DNA of 64,000 bases from Candidatus Eiseniibacteriota bacterium (GCA_963762255.1 CAVXKA010000003.1:288001-352000), one strand, 5' to 3'. Shown: positions 38,397-52,242, numbered from the stretch's first letter. Made by a program: numbers and translations. Notes: generated by a model from the sequence alone, not told the origin.

Positions 38397-39599
38397 TCAG
38401 TACGAGTGCTCCAGCGACAACGACTCGGGAAGCCGCGGGTCGCCCGCGGGGATGAGCGCGCCCGCGGCCAGGCGGCGGGCGTAGAAGTACAGGAACACCC
38501 CGCCGATCCCAAGCAGCGAGGCGAGATCGAGCCAGTGCGGCGCGAACCCCTCGTGGCGCAAGTTGGGCAGGATCAACCAGTGCAGATCGAGGTAGTGCAT
38601 GATCAGGATCCACGCCGCCATCACCGCCACGAATGCCGGCCGCCGCTTGGTGAAGCGGGACATGAGCAGCGCGAACGGCACGGCGAAGTGGCCGAACGCG
38701 AGGAAAAGGCTCACGGTCTTCCAGTTCCCCTCGATGCGGTGCAGGTACCAGATCGTCTCCTCGGGGATGTTCCCGTACCAGATGAGGAAGAACTGCGAGA
38801 AGGCGATGTAGGCCCAGAATACCGTGAACGCGAAGAGGAGACGACCGAGATCCTGATAGTGATCCACCCGGAAGGTCCCGCGCAGGTAGCCCGCTCCTAC
38901 CAGGGCGCGACCGGTCAATGTGATGAAGGCATAGGCACCGAGCACGCTCCCCGCCCAGACGTAAACACCGAAGATGGTGGAGTACCAGTGGGGATCCATC
39001 GACATGATCCAGTCGAAGGCCATGAAGGTCACCGTCACCGCGTAGGCGATCATCCCCGGCGCGGCGCGGCGTTGCATGGTCACGGTCAACCCGGGATCGC
39101 GGCTCGTGTCCTGGGCCACCGAGGTGCGGTGGAAGTACCGCGCCAGGAGCGTCCACACGAGGAAGTAGATCGCCGCCCGCGCGAGGAAGAAGGGGACGTT
39201 GAGAAAGCCCCGCTTCCCCTGCAGCAGGTGGTCGTGCGCCACCGCCTCGGCGTGCGTCCAGGGATAGAGACGGTCCAGTCCGGCCAGGAGCGGCAGGAAG
39301 AGAACGGCGAACACGGGCACGGTCCAGGCCGCGGTCTCGGCCAACCGGCGCACCGTCACGCTCCACCCCGCGCGGGTCAGGTGTTGCACCATGACGAAGA
39401 AGAGCGCACCGAGCGCGATGCTCAGGAAGAAGAGGAGTGCGGTGATCCAGGAGAAGAAGAACTGCTCGCGGTCTACCGCAAAACCTATGCCGGACAGGGC
39501 AAGACCCACGAGCGCCATGAGTCCGAAGCCCTGACGCGCGCGCGCCCAGCCTCCCGCCGGTACGTGGAACTGATCGTGAAAGGCGTGTTGATGTGCCAC
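38397..39599 (-). CDS. actF: alternative complex III subunit F
   Basis: AGWSVTVRR, LYPW, DWIMSMDPHWYSTIFG, DLGRLLF, FWAYIAFSQF..WYGNIPEE. Confidence 0.9.
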   Translation of the reverse strand: MAHQHAFHDQFHVPAGGWARARQGFGLMALVGLALSGIGFAVDREQFFFSWITALLFFLSIALGALFFVMVQHLTRAGWSVTVRRLAETAAWTVPVFAVLFLPLLAGLDRLYPWTHAEAVAHDHLLQGKRGFLNVPFFLARAAIYFLVWTLLARYFHRTSVAQDTSRDPGLTVTMQRRAAPGMIAYAVTVTFMAFDWIMSMDPHWYSTIFGVYVWAGSVLGAYAFITLTGRALVGAGYLRGTFRVDHYQDLGRLLFAFTVFWAYIAFSQFFLIWYGNIPEETIWYLHRIEGNWKTVSLFLAFGHFAVPFALLMSRFTKRRPAFVAVMAAWILIMHYLDLHWLILPNLRHEGFAPHWLDLASLLGIGGVFLYFYARRLAAGALIPAGDPRLPESLSLEHSY

Positions 39600-39603
39600 G
39601 GCT

Positions 39604-40230
39604 CTATTTCAACTCGTTGCGGGCGTCCGCGGGGACATCCGCCAAGGTGGCGTTCTGGCTGAGTTGGAGGGCCCGCACGTAAGCCACCACGGCCCAGCGG
39701 TCCTCCACCGGAATCTGCTTCCCGTAGGACGGCATGTTGCGGATCCCGTTGGTGATCACGTTGTAGAGATACCCGTCCGCGAATTGCCGCACCCGATCCG
39801 TGTGGAAGGACGGCGGCGGCACGAAACCGTAACCGATCACGATGCCCTTGCCGCTCCCCGACCGGTCGTGGCACGGCGCGCAGTAGATGTTGAACCGGCT
39901 GCGCCCCCGCTCCAGCAGCTCCGCGGTGATCTCGCGTGGGTTCACGCTCACAAAGGTCGTGTCTCCCTGGACTCGACCCAGATAGTAAGCGTCGTCGGCC
40001 TTCACGTCCCCCACCGGCACCGTTCCTTCAGGCGGGGTGCGCATCGAGCGCATGTCGGCGAAGAGCGGGTTCGCCGTCTGCGCCTTGTACTTCTTCTGGA
40101 ATTCCATGTCGGGGATGATGACGACCGGGCGCTGATCGCGCGGCTGCCCGCGCGCACAGCCGCCGGCGGCGATCAGGAGGCCGATCAGGGCGAGTGCGCA
40201 AAGAGCGCGAATCACGTGCGACACGCTCAT
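39604..40230 (-). CDS. actE: alternative complex III subunit E (monoheme cytochrome c lipoprotein)
   Basis: Lipobox AGGC, PDM..Q, RTPPEGTV, YCAPCH, MPSY, DRWAVVAYVRALQ. Confidence 0.9.
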   Translation of the reverse strand: MSVSHVIRALCALALIGLLIAAGGCARGQPRDQRPVVIIPDMEFQKKYKAQTANPLFADMRSMRTPPEGTVPVGDVKADDAYYLGRVQGDTTFVSVNPREITAELLERGRSRFNIYCAPCHDRSGSGKGIVIGYGFVPPPSFHTDRVRQFADGYLYNVITNGIRNMPSYGKQIPVEDRWAVVAYVRALQLSQNATLADVPADARNELK

Positions 40231-40790
40231 GCCTCCAGCACCTCCACGTGGGTCCCGCCGGCAGCCTCCAGCACGCGGCGGGCGGTGTCGGCGTCGAAGG
40301 CCGGGTCGGTCGCCTCGATCGCCAGGAAGAACCTGTCGTCGCTGGCGCGCTTGAACGTCGAGTGCTTGAACACCGGGTGATAGGGCTGCGGCAACCGGTT
40401 CAGGAAGAGCATGCCGAACACCGCTGCGAACGCGGAGAGGAGGATCGTCAGCTCGAATGTCACCGGGACGAAGGCGGGCACGCTGAAGTAGGGCTTTCCC
40501 GCGATCTTGATCGGATAGTCCACCGCGCTCGTCCACCACTGGAGCAGCAAGCCGCCGATGCCGCCGGCGATCGCTCCCGCGAGAACGATCCAGGGCACCT
40601 TGGAGCCGGGCACGCTCAGCGCCCGGTCGAGCCCGTGCACCGGGAACGGCGAATAGGCGTCTACGTTCACGTAGCCCTCGGCGCGCACCTTCTCCGCTGC
40701 GTGAAGCAGATCGCGGGGAGTGGCGAACTCGGCCATCACCCCGAACACTTCCGGCGCTACGGGGGCGGTCTTCACGTCGTGGGCGCTCAT
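40227..40790 (-). CDS. actD: alternative complex III subunit D (DUF3341)
   Basis: [36 protein letters not shown]. Confidence 0.9.
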   Translation of the reverse strand: MSAHDVKTAPVAPEVFGVMAEFATPRDLLHAAEKVRAEGYVNVDAYSPFPVHGLDRALSVPGSKVPWIVLAGAIAGGIGGLLLQWWTSAVDYPIKIAGKPYFSVPAFVPVTFELTILLSAFAAVFGMLFLNRLPQPYHPVFKHSTFKRASDDRFFLAIEATDPAFDADTARRVLEAAGGTHVEVLEA

Positions 40791-42216
40791 CGCGGCGCCT
40801 CGCTGTGCCCGCCGCCGGCGGGATGATGATGAGGGTTCGCCTGTGGCATCACGTTCTTGATCTCGGCCATAGCAATCATGGGCAGAAAGCGCAGGAAGAG
40901 CAGGAAGCAGGTGAAGAAGAGGCCGAAGGTGCCGACGAACGTGCCGATGTCCACCCAGGTCGGCCTGTAATACCCCCACGACGAGGGGAGGAAGTCGCGG
41001 CTCAAGGTGACGATGATCACGAAGCGCTCGAACCACATCCCGACGTTGATAAGGACGGCGGCCACGAACATCACCGGGATGGATCGCCGGAAGCGCCGGA
41101 ACCAGAAGAGCTGGGGCACGAGCACGTTGCAGGAGACCATCGTCCAGTAGGCCCACCAGTAGGGGCCGAATGCGCGGTTGACGAAGGCGAACTGCTCGTA
41201 GGGATTGCCGCTGTACCAGGCGATGAAGAACTCCATCGAGTACGCGTAGCCCACCATCATGCCGGTCAACAACATGATCTTGTTCATGTTGTCCAGGTGC
41301 TCGATGGTGATGATGTCCTTCAAATTGAATATCCTGCGGGCGATGATGGCAAGGTTGAGCACCATCGCGAAGCCGGAGAAGATGGCTCCCGCAACGAAAT
41401 AGGGCGGGAAGATCGTCGTGTGCCATCCGGGCAGGATTGAGACCGCGAAGTCGAAGCTCACGATGGAGTGCACCGAGAGCACGAGCGGGGTCGAGATGCC
41501 GGCCAGGATGAGGTAAGCCTTCTCGTAGTTGGCCCAGTGCCGGTTGGAGCCTCGCCATCCACCCGCCATCACGCCGTAGACGAGCTGGCCGATGCGCCCC
41601 TTCGCGCGATCCCGCAGGGTGGCCAGATCGGGAATGAGGCCCGTGTACCAGAAGAGGAGCGAGACCGTGAAGTAGGTCCCCACCGCGAACACGTCCCACA
41701 GGAGCGGGCTTCGGAACTGGGGCCAGATCGCCTGCCAGTTCGGGATCGGAATCACCCACCAGATGAGCCAGATGCGTCCCACATGGATAGTCGGGTACAT
41801 GAGCGCGCAAATGACGGCGAAGATGGTCATCGCCTCCGCGAAACGGTTGATCGCGGTGCGCCACTTCTGCCGGAAGAGATAGAGGATCGCGCTGATGAGG
41901 GTTCCGGCGTGGCCGATGCCCACCCACCAGACGAAATTCACGATGTCCCATCCCCAGAAGACCGGGCTGTTGATACCCCAGACGCCGAGACCGGTGGCAA
42001 TCAGATAGCCCACCATCGCGAGGAGGAGGAGCAGGAGCGAGGACGAGATCCCGAACGCGATATACCAGGCCCTGGGCGTCTTCCGCTCGATCGGCGCGCA
42101 CACCAGATCCGTGATTCCGGCGAAGTCGTGCCCGCCCTGCACGAGCACCGTGCGGTGCCGCGGATCGTCGGGCATGGCGTGCGCCGCGTCGCCGGCGGGG
42201 AAGGTCGCGCTCGACA

Positions 42217-42217
<1 letters not shown>
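40787..42217 (-). CDS. actC: alternative complex III subunit C (NrfD-like)
   Basis: [49 protein letters not shown]. Confidence 0.93.
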
Positions 42218-45227
<3,010 letters not shown>

Positions 45228-45231
<4 letters not shown>

Positions 45232-45869
45232 CGATGGCACCCCGAGCAATTGGTCGTCGGATGAATGTTGCGGGCCGTCCTCAACTCGAGCCCCAGCGCG
45301 AGCTGATCACCCGGGGGTTGATACCCCATGGTGGTGACCTCGCTCACCGGGCGCAGGTACTTCTCGGGCGCGCGGTGGCAGTCGAGGCACCACGCCATGT
45401 TGAGCGGCTTCGCCTGATAGACCACCTCCATGCGGTCGATGCGACCGTGGCAGGTTTCGCATCCCACTCCCGAGTTCACATGAATGCTGTGGTCGAAGTA
45501 GACGAAGTCGGGCGAGTGATGGATGCGCACCCACGGCACCGCTGCGCCGGTGGCGACGCTCTCGCGGACCGGAACCATGTTGGGGCTGTCGGGCCTGATC
45601 TGGGTGTGACAGTTCATGCAGGTCTGCGAGGCGGGGACCATGGCCACCGGTGACCGCTCCACTCCCACATGGCAGTAGCGACAGTCCATACCCAGATCTC
45701 CCGCGTGCAGCTTGTGGCTGTATGGGACAGGCTGCTTCGGCGCGTAGCCCACCTGGGTGTTGGAGGGTGAAATGAAGTACACGAAGGCGGCGACAACCGC
45801 CACCAGGGCCATCGTCACCCCGGCTCCGATGAGGAGCGGCAATCTGTTGGCCCACTTTGGAAACAACAT
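45228..45869 (-). CDS. actA: alternative complex III subunit A (pentaheme cytochrome c)
   Basis: TM anchor, PKQPVPYSH, five CxxCH motifs (CRYCH, CMNCH, CETCH, CLDCH, CSGCH). Confidence 0.93.
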
Positions 45870-46075
45870 GTCTTGTTTCCGTCCCCCTCGGGGTCGGCCT
45901 GCGCGGAAGCCCGCTGGGCGGGGTGGGTCAGTGCGTACCCGGGACAGGCCCCCCGCAGATTCGCCGACAATTGCAGTTTGATGAACGGTGACCCATAACG
46001 GCAACCGATGGGTCGACAAGGGATTGGCAATGCAACCGGTCGCCGGGAGCGACCGCAGATGAAAACCGACGGCGG

Positions 46076-46127
46076 ATCATACCGAGGCTAACCGGCCATG
46101 TCAGCAACTTTGTGATGGAAATCACAA
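46076..46127 (-). promoter_or_regulatory. act/cta operon promoter with upstream Rex/CRP-like palindrome
   Basis: CTGACA(46104-46099)-N17-TATGAT(46081-46076); perfect TTGTGAT-N4-ATCACAA at 46110-46127. Confidence 0.65.
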
Positions 46128-46139
46128 TACCTGCCGAGG

Positions 46140-46511
46140 TCACAGCGTCCGCCCCCGCGTTTTCGCAACCCCGGAACCGGGAGCCCGGTACCGGTCGAGC
46201 ATCAATCCCAGAATCCCCAAGCCGAACGTGAACGACCCGAGCAGGATCATCGCCAGCCCGGGCCATGGGCGATAGGTCTGGAAATAGGGAGGCACGTGGC
46301 GCGCGAGAAGTGCGAGCCCTACCGCGCTCATCACGATCTGAGCCCAGGCCCGTCCGCGCAAGGTCAGCATCGCCGTGGCGAGAAGCACGATCCCGGCCAC
46401 CACCCCGGCAAGAAGCGACATCGCATTCCGACCGGCGACGATCTCTTGAAGGCCGGTGCCCAGAGCGATCAGACCGAGCACGAGTCCGACCCAGGCCGAA
46501 GCTCGAGTCAT
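46140..46511 (-). CDS. small hydrophobic membrane protein (TMEM14-like)
   Basis: About four short TM segments including MSLLAGVVAG; GGAGA RBS upstream. Confidence 0.6.
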   Translation of the reverse strand: MTRASAWVGLVLGLIALGTGLQEIVAGRNAMSLLAGVVAGIVLLATAMLTLRGRAWAQIVMSAVGLALLARHVPPYFQTYRPWPGLAMILLGSFTFGLGILGLMLDRYRAPGSGVAKTRGRTL

Positions 46512-46563
46512 GCGTGTCGTCTCCTCTCCCGGGTTTCGTGGTGGCCGCTCGGCGCGGCCCGCG

Positions 46564-47052
46564 CTAGATCAACCGAAGCACGATCCGCAGCGCGAGGTTC
46601 GCGTACACCCCGGCCAGGAGATCGTCGACCACGATCCCCTTCCCGCCGGGCAGCCGTTGCGAGCGCCCCGCTGGAAACGGCTTCACGACATCGAAGATGC
46701 GAAACAGGACGAAGCCGATCCCGAGCGCGACCCACCGCGCGGTCCCGTCACCGGCGGCCGTGACACCGAGCATGGTGACGATCATGCCCGCCACCTCGTC
46801 GATCGTGATCGCCTTGGCATCGTGACCGTAGGTCTTCTCGGCGCGGTCGCTCACGACAACCGCATAGCCGGTCACCACGGCGAGCAGCGCGACTTGTATC
46901 CAGAGCGGCCACGCCATGAACGGGTAGAGCAGCGGCACTACCGCCAGCGAGGTCCACGTCGCCGGCGCGAAGGGAGCGGCTTCGCCGATCAGGAAGAACG
47001 TCGCACCCAGTCGCACGCCGAGCGGCGTGGGCGCAGAGGGGGTGCGCTTCAT
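46564..47052 (-). CDS. pgpA: phosphatidylglycerophosphatase A
   Basis: PFAPATW, HDAKAITIDEVAG, FRIFDVVKP, GIVVDDLLAG. Confidence 0.92.
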   Translation of the reverse strand: MKRTPSAPTPLGVRLGATFFLIGEAAPFAPATWTSLAVVPLLYPFMAWPLWIQVALLAVVTGYAVVVSDRAEKTYGHDAKAITIDEVAGMIVTMLGVTAAGDGTARWVALGIGFVLFRIFDVVKPFPAGRSQRLPGGKGIVVDDLLAGVYANLALRIVLRLI

Positions 47053-47660
47053 TCGTCGTCGTCCATGGACTTGCGCCCCTGGAGCGCGCGGGCGAGCGTG
47101 GCCTGGTCGGAGTACTCGAGGTCGCCCCCGACGGGGATGCCGCGGGCGATCCGGGTCACCCGCACCGCGCTCTCCTTGAGAAGATCGGCGAGAAAGTGCG
47201 CGGTGGCCTCGCCGGGCGGGTTGGGATTGGTGGCGAGGATGACCTCACGAACCTCACCGTACTTGACGCGCTCGATGAGTTCGCGCGCCCGGATGTCGTC
47301 CGGTCCCATGTTCTCGAGCGGGTTAAGCGCTCCACGCAGCACGTGGTACTGCCCCCGAAACCCGCCGCTCGCTTCGACCGCGAGCACGTCCATCGGCTGC
47401 TCGACCACGCAGATGACGTCGCGCTGTCGTTTCTGATCGCGGCAGATAAGACAGGGATCGTCCTCGGTGAAGTTCCCGCAGACGGTGCAGGTATGCACCT
47501 GCTCCTTCACCGCGCGGATCGCTTCGGCGAGCGCCAGCGCCTCTTCACGCGGAGCCTTCAGAAGGAAGAACGCGAGACGTTGCGCGCTCTTGCGGCCCAC
47601 GCCGGGCAGCTTGCTGAGCTCGTCGACCAGGGTCTCCACGGAACGGCTTGAGAACTGCAT
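47049..47660 (-). CDS. recR: recombination mediator RecR
   Basis: KLPGVGRKSAQRLA, C4 zinc finger, CVVE, YHVL, EVILATNP, GEATA. Confidence 0.97.
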   Translation of the reverse strand: MQFSSRSVETLVDELSKLPGVGRKSAQRLAFFLLKAPREEALALAEAIRAVKEQVHTCTVCGNFTEDDPCLICRDQKRQRDVICVVEQPMDVLAVEASGGFRGQYHVLRGALNPLENMGPDDIRARELIERVKYGEVREVILATNPNPPGEATAHFLADLLKESAVRVTRIARGIPVGGDLEYSDQATLARALQGRKSMDDDE

Positions 47661-47678
47661 GGGCGGGTTTGCCGGCGC

Positions 47679-47999
47679 CTAGAACATGCCGGGGAGCCCC
47701 ATCCCCCCGGTTGCTTTGGCCATTTCCTTCTGCATGAGCTCCTCGGCCTGCCGGCGCGCTTCACTGAACGCGGCCATCAGCATGTCCTCGAGCATCTCGA
47801 CGTCCTCCGGATCGACCGCGTCCGGCTTGATCTTGACGGACAGCAACTCCTGCTTGCCGTTCATGCGCACGGTGACCATGCCTCCGCCGGCCGTGCCCTC
47901 CACCTCGCGGCCGGCCAGATCCTCCTGGACGCGCGCCATCTTGGATTGCATCTCCTGGGCCTGCTTCATCAGCTTGCCCAGGTCTCCCATCCCCTTCAT
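47679..47999 (-). CDS. ybaB: YbaB/EbfC nucleoid-associated protein
   Basis: MKQAQEMQ, GTAGGGMV, DPEDVEMLEDM; dnaX-ybaB-recR synteny. Confidence 0.95.
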   Translation of the reverse strand: MKGMGDLGKLMKQAQEMQSKMARVQEDLAGREVEGTAGGGMVTVRMNGKQELLSVKIKPDAVDPEDVEMLEDMLMAAFSEARRQAEELMQKEMAKATGGMGLPGMF

Positions 48000-48054
48000 G
48001 GTGTCGCTCTCCTGATCGTTTGGAAGTCCGTGTTGCGGCGCGCGGGCGAGCGCT

Positions 48055-49881
48055 CTAGGGAAGCACCTCGCCGTCGAACATGTCGAGGGCCTTTTGCAGC
48101 ATCGGCTCGTCGTTGAAGAGCTGCCCCATGCTGCGCGTGTCCTTCGCCGGGGGGGGAGGCGGCGGTTCATCCGCAGGGGCCGCCTCCTTCGTGACGGGGG
48201 CCGCCTCCTTTGCAGCGGGGGGCGCCTCCTTCGTCTCTTTCGCCTCTTTCGTCTCTTTCGCCGCCGCAGCCGGCTTCGGGGCGGACTTCGGCGCTACGGT
48301 CGGGCCCGCTTTCGGCGCTGCCCCCGAGGCCGCTTTCGGCGCGGCAGGTTTCGAGGCGCCCTCGATGCGCACCTCCGGCGTCTTCACGCCGAGGCCCCCA
48401 AGAAGCTCGCGGAAGAGCGTCTGCGTCTCGGGATCGCGCAGGATCTGCGTGAGCAGTCCTGCCCCCGAGCCGGCCCTGACCCGGAGCGCGCCGTCCGCGT
48501 CCGCTCCCGCGAACTCCGTTGCGTGGAGCGTTCCCCACAGCCGCATCGAGCGCGTGCGCAGCGCTTCGAGGAAGGCCCCCCACACGCCGCCCGGCTCCGA
48601 GGGGCGCGGCGGCGCGGGTGCGGGACGTGGCGCGGCGGGCGTTGCCACTGCCGCCTGGGCCGGCGCTTCCCCGCCCAATCGCGCCTCCAGATCCACCAGG
48701 CGCCGCGCGATCTCGGCGAGCGGCACCCGAGCCGCCGACTGCGCCATCTCAGCCAGCGCCAACTCCAACGTCAGCCGCGGATGATCGCTGCGCCGCAGGG
48801 ACACCGCGGTCTCGGCGGCGCGGTCCACCATCTCCACGAGCGTCTCGCGCGGGTACTTCTCGGCCTGGGCGCGATAGCGCGGAATCTCCGACTCCGGGAT
48901 GTCCAGGATGGAGGCAAGCGCCGGGTCGATGCGCAGGAGGAGCAGGTCGCGCCAGTGCGAGGTCAGGCTCTCGGCGACTTCACCCAGGTCGGCGCCTCTG
49001 GCGTATACCTCGTCGAGGAGCCGCAACGCTCCGGCAGCGTCGGCCGCAGCGAGGAGATCGCCGAGCACGAAGCAGAAGTCCGAGCCCACCAGGCCCAGCG
49101 TGCGCTCCACCACCGCGCGGTCCACCGGGCCGTCGGCGGCGGAGATGATCTGATCCATGAGCGAGAGCGCGTCGCGGAGCCCGCCGGCGGCGCGGCGCGC
49201 GACCAGGGCCAGCGCCTCGGGGGTGACCTCCACATGCGGCGTCTCTTCCCCGGTGGCCTTGTTCTGCTCGTCGATGGTCCGGTTCTCGCGCGCGAGGACC
49301 TCGGTCAACCGCGCGGAGATCTCGCGGGCCGGGATACGCGCGAAATCGAAGCGCTGGCACCTCGACAGGATCGTCCCCGGAACTTTGAAAGGCTCCGTGG
49401 TGGCGAAAACGAAGATCACGTGCTTGGGCGGCTCCTCGAGGGTCTTCAGGAGCGCGTTGAACGCCTCCGTGGTGAGCATGTGCACTTCGTCGATGATGTA
49501 GACCTTGTAGCGCATGCCCGACGGCGCGTAGCGCACGTTCTCGCGAAGCTCGCGCACCTCGTTGATGCCGCGGTTCGAGGCGCCGTCGATCTCGAGCACG
49601 TCGAGGCTGCGTCCGCTGGTGATGTCGAGGCAGGGCGTGCACACGTTGCACGGAGTGGCGGTCGGACCCTGCTCGCAGTTGAGCGCCTTGGCGAGGATGC
49701 GGGCGGCGGTGGTCTTGCCGACACCGCGAGGGCCGCAGAAGAGGTAGGCGTGGGCGACGCGATCGACCGCGATCGCGTTGGCCAGCGTCTGGGTGACGTG
49801 CTTCTGGCCGACGACGTCCTCGAAGGATTGCGGACGGTACTTGAGGGCCAGAACCCGGTACGACTCGGATGCCTTTGCCAT
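48055..49881 (-). CDS. dnaX: DNA polymerase III subunit gamma/tau
   Basis: KYRPQSF, GPRGVGKTT, EIDGASN, IDEVHML, NALLKTLEEPP, SRCQ, RDALS; Pro/Ala-rich C-terminus. Confidence 0.96.
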   Translation of the reverse strand: MAKASESYRVLALKYRPQSFEDVVGQKHVTQTLANAIAVDRVAHAYLFCGPRGVGKTTAARILAKALNCEQGPTATPCNVCTPCLDITSGRSLDVLEIDGASNRGINEVRELRENVRYAPSGMRYKVYIIDEVHMLTTEAFNALLKTLEEPPKHVIFVFATTEPFKVPGTILSRCQRFDFARIPAREISARLTEVLARENRTIDEQNKATGEETPHVEVTPEALALVARRAAGGLRDALSLMDQIISAADGPVDRAVVERTLGLVGSDFCFVLGDLLAAADAAGALRLLDEVYARGADLGEVAESLTSHWRDLLLLRIDPALASILDIPESEIPRYRAQAEKYPRETLVEMVDRAAETAVSLRRSDHPRLTLELALAEMAQSAARVPLAEIARRLVDLEARLGGEAPAQAAVATPAAPRPAPAPPRPSEPGGVWGAFLEALRTRSMRLWGTLHATEFAGADADGALRVRAGSGAGLLTQILRDPETQTLFRELLGGLGVKTPEVRIEGASKPAAPKAASGAAPKAGPTVAPKSAPKPAAAAKETKEAKETKEAPPAAKEAAPVTKEAAPADEPPPPPPAKDTRSMGQLFNDEPMLQKALDMFDGEVLP

Positions 49882-49958
49882 GGTTCTCTTCGCCCCCATC
49901 GCCTCATCCCGCCGCGGTCGGACACACCGACCGCGCCGGGCGGGCCTTCAGAAGAAAG

Positions 49959-50229
49959 GGGTCGTGCACCCGCTGTCGACCATCGCCGTACGCCGGCCGC
50001 AAGCAGCCAGCTCGGGCCAGGGACACCGACGGCACACCGAGCGTCTTGCTTACCGCTGCTACCTTCCGGTCCTCACGGGGTTCACAATGCTCGGTTGCGT
50101 CGGACCCGGCCTTCAACGCCGCCGTCTCTTACGGCCCGCACGCCCGACGAGGGCCTCGAACGGGAATTCAGCCCCGCTATAGCGGATTGCGGATGCAGGG
50201 CACCGCTAACTCCCCGCCTAGCACGACCC
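49959..50229 (-). ncRNA. ffs: large bacterial signal recognition particle RNA (with Alu domain)
   Basis: About 270 nt. The 5' GGGTCGTGC pairs with the 3' GCACGACCC; Alu-like GGGGAG..GCGGTGCCCTG; helix 8 GTGAGGACCGGAAGGTAGCAGC; upstream of dnaX. Confidence 0.92.
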
Positions 50230-50277
50230 GCAAACAGACCGGTTCCGATCGGCCACTGCGGCAGGCGCCGACAAGAT

Positions 50278-50353
50278 TGGTGGAGATGAGCGGGATCGAA
50301 CCGCCGACCTCCTCGTTGCGAACGAGGCGCTCTCCCATCTGAGCTACATCCCC
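50278..50353 (-). tRNA. tRNA-Ala(CGC)
   Basis: GGGGATGTAGCTCAG..CCTCG-TTCGCAA-CGAGG..GGTTCGATC..CTCCACCA, 76 nt, G3:U70. Confidence 0.96.
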
Positions 50354-50475
50354 AAAACAGCTTCGCGAGCCGGATTCGTCCCCGGGCGGGAGCCCGGGGA
50401 CGATCGCGAGCGACGTATTCTCCCACATCGGTGCGGGTGCGGGCAACAGCCGCAACACACGGCGTGCTGCGGCTA

Positions 50476-50567
<92 letters not shown>

Positions 50568-50643
50568 GCAAAACCATAGGGCGAGTGGGCGAACGAAACT
50601 GGCAAACCCACAGCCGGAGATCCACGACCGCCGCGCTATCTTC

Positions 50644-50842
<199 letters not shown>

Positions 50843-51000
50843 GCGAAAGCCGGAATACGAAACCCCGCAATCGGATGGGCCGCATGTCCTGCGGGGGCCG
50901 GCGACCCAGGTCCAAAGCGGGCGCCGGATTATAGCGGAAACGCTCCCCGTGGGGCGAGGGAGTTTGCGGCCACCGTCCACGAATCCGCCGCTGCCGCCCC

Positions 51001-51507
51001 CTACGAATCGGTGCGCGCGTCGCGACGCAGGCGCTCGAAGAAGGTCTTGAGCAGGAGACCGCATTCCTCCGCCAGCGGTCCGGGGACGATCTCGGTGTGG
51101 TGGTTGAGCGCCTCGTGCCCCGAGACGTCGATCACCGACCCCAGCACGCCCCGCTTGGGATCCCTGGCCCCATACACCAGGCGACTCACGCGGCCCAGGA
51201 AGATCGCCCCGGCGCACATGAGGCAGGGCTCCAGCGTCACGTAGAGCGACGACCCTTCGATCCGCCAGCTCTCGAGCGTGTTGGCGGCGGCGGTGATGGC
51301 CAGCACTTCGGCGTGGGCGGTGGGGTCCTGCAGCGCCTCGGTGCGGTTGTGACCGCGCCCGAGAATGCGTCCACCCGAGACCACCACGGCCCCCACCGGT
51401 ACCTCGCCCTCCTCCGCGGCCAACTGCGCCTCGGCAAGGGCGAGCTGCATCCATCGCAGATCCTCCTCAGGCGTTGGCACGATCGGGGAAGCGCCGGGAT
51501 CTATCAC
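51001..51507 (-). CDS. tadA: tRNA adenosine(34) deaminase
   Basis: EVPVGA, DPTAHAE, TLEPCLMC, GARDPK, FF..LRR. Confidence 0.94.
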   Translation of the reverse strand: MIDPGASPIVPTPEEDLRWMQLALAEAQLAAEEGEVPVGAVVVSGGRILGRGHNRTEALQDPTAHAEVLAITAAANTLESWRIEGSSLYVTLEPCLMCAGAIFLGRVSRLVYGARDPKRGVLGSVIDVSGHEALNHHTEIVPGPLAEECGLLLKTFFERLRRDARTDS

Positions 51508-51519
51508 GCGCAGGCTCGA

Positions 51520-52242
51520 TCAGGGGGTCTTGCCGCCCGCGGCGGGCGCGGCCGAGCCGGTCAGGTTCGGCATGGTCGCCACCGCCTCGTTCGCGGCTTC
51601 GATCGCCACTTTCTCGATCAGCGGCGGGTCCGGCACCGAGCTGGTGCTGGTCGTTCGCGCCTCGCCCGACATGGTGGAGCGGACGTTGAAATCGGGATTG
51701 TAGGGCGGCGATTTGGCGAGCTTCGTGTGGTTGGCCGCCCACAGGAGCGTCGCATCGGGAGCGTACATCTCCACGGTCAGCCCCACCGTGGTGTTGGAAG
51801 TGCCCTCCTGGGTCGGTTCGAGCTTGAGACGTTCCCACTTGCTGACGTCCATGCACAGCACCGCGTCGTTGCCGGTCGCGTCGAGCAACTTGCCGAGCGG
51901 GGCCGCGTCGATGAGCCGTCGCTTGCGCCAGCTCTCCGCCACCCGGCTGTAGTCCTCCTGGACTCCCGCCTGCCGCACCTCGGACTCGAACATCTCCACC
52001 GTCGAGATCACGTACTTGGTGTTGGCCCCCATCGCCTGAAGGATGTAGTTGTACATCACGTCGGCGTCCGGGTTGCCTGAGGTATTCGTGAAGGTGAGCA
52101 CGGCCACCTGCTGCACTTGATAGTCTTGAGCGTTCGGGGCGAGGTCCACCTTGACCTTCACTCCTGCGCTCCCGCCCCCGCTGGACGCCTGACATCCCGC
52201 CAACAGCAACGCCGCCGACATCATTCCGATCCATCGTCTCAT
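51520..52242 (-). CDS. hypothetical lipoprotein (possibly TolB-N/CsgG-like fold)
   Basis: Lipobox LLAGC; VAVLTFTN and ..LLW.. pattern. Function unknown. Confidence 0.7.
   Translation of the reverse strand: MRRWIGMMSAALLLAGCQASSGGGSAGVKVKVDLAPNAQDYQVQQVAVLTFTNTSGNPDADVMYNYILQAMGANTKYVISTVEMFESEVRQAGVQEDYSRVAESWRKRRLIDAAPLGKLLDATGNDAVLCMDVSKWERLKLEPTQEGTSNTTVGLTVEMYAPDATLLWAANHTKLAKSPPYNPDFNVRSTMSGEARTTSTSSVPDPPLIEKVAIEAANEAVATMPNLTGSAAPAAGGKTP

Noticed and set aside
48055-49881. Programmed -1 frameshift in dnaX
   Set aside because: No A-AAA-AAG or long A-run slippery site was seen.
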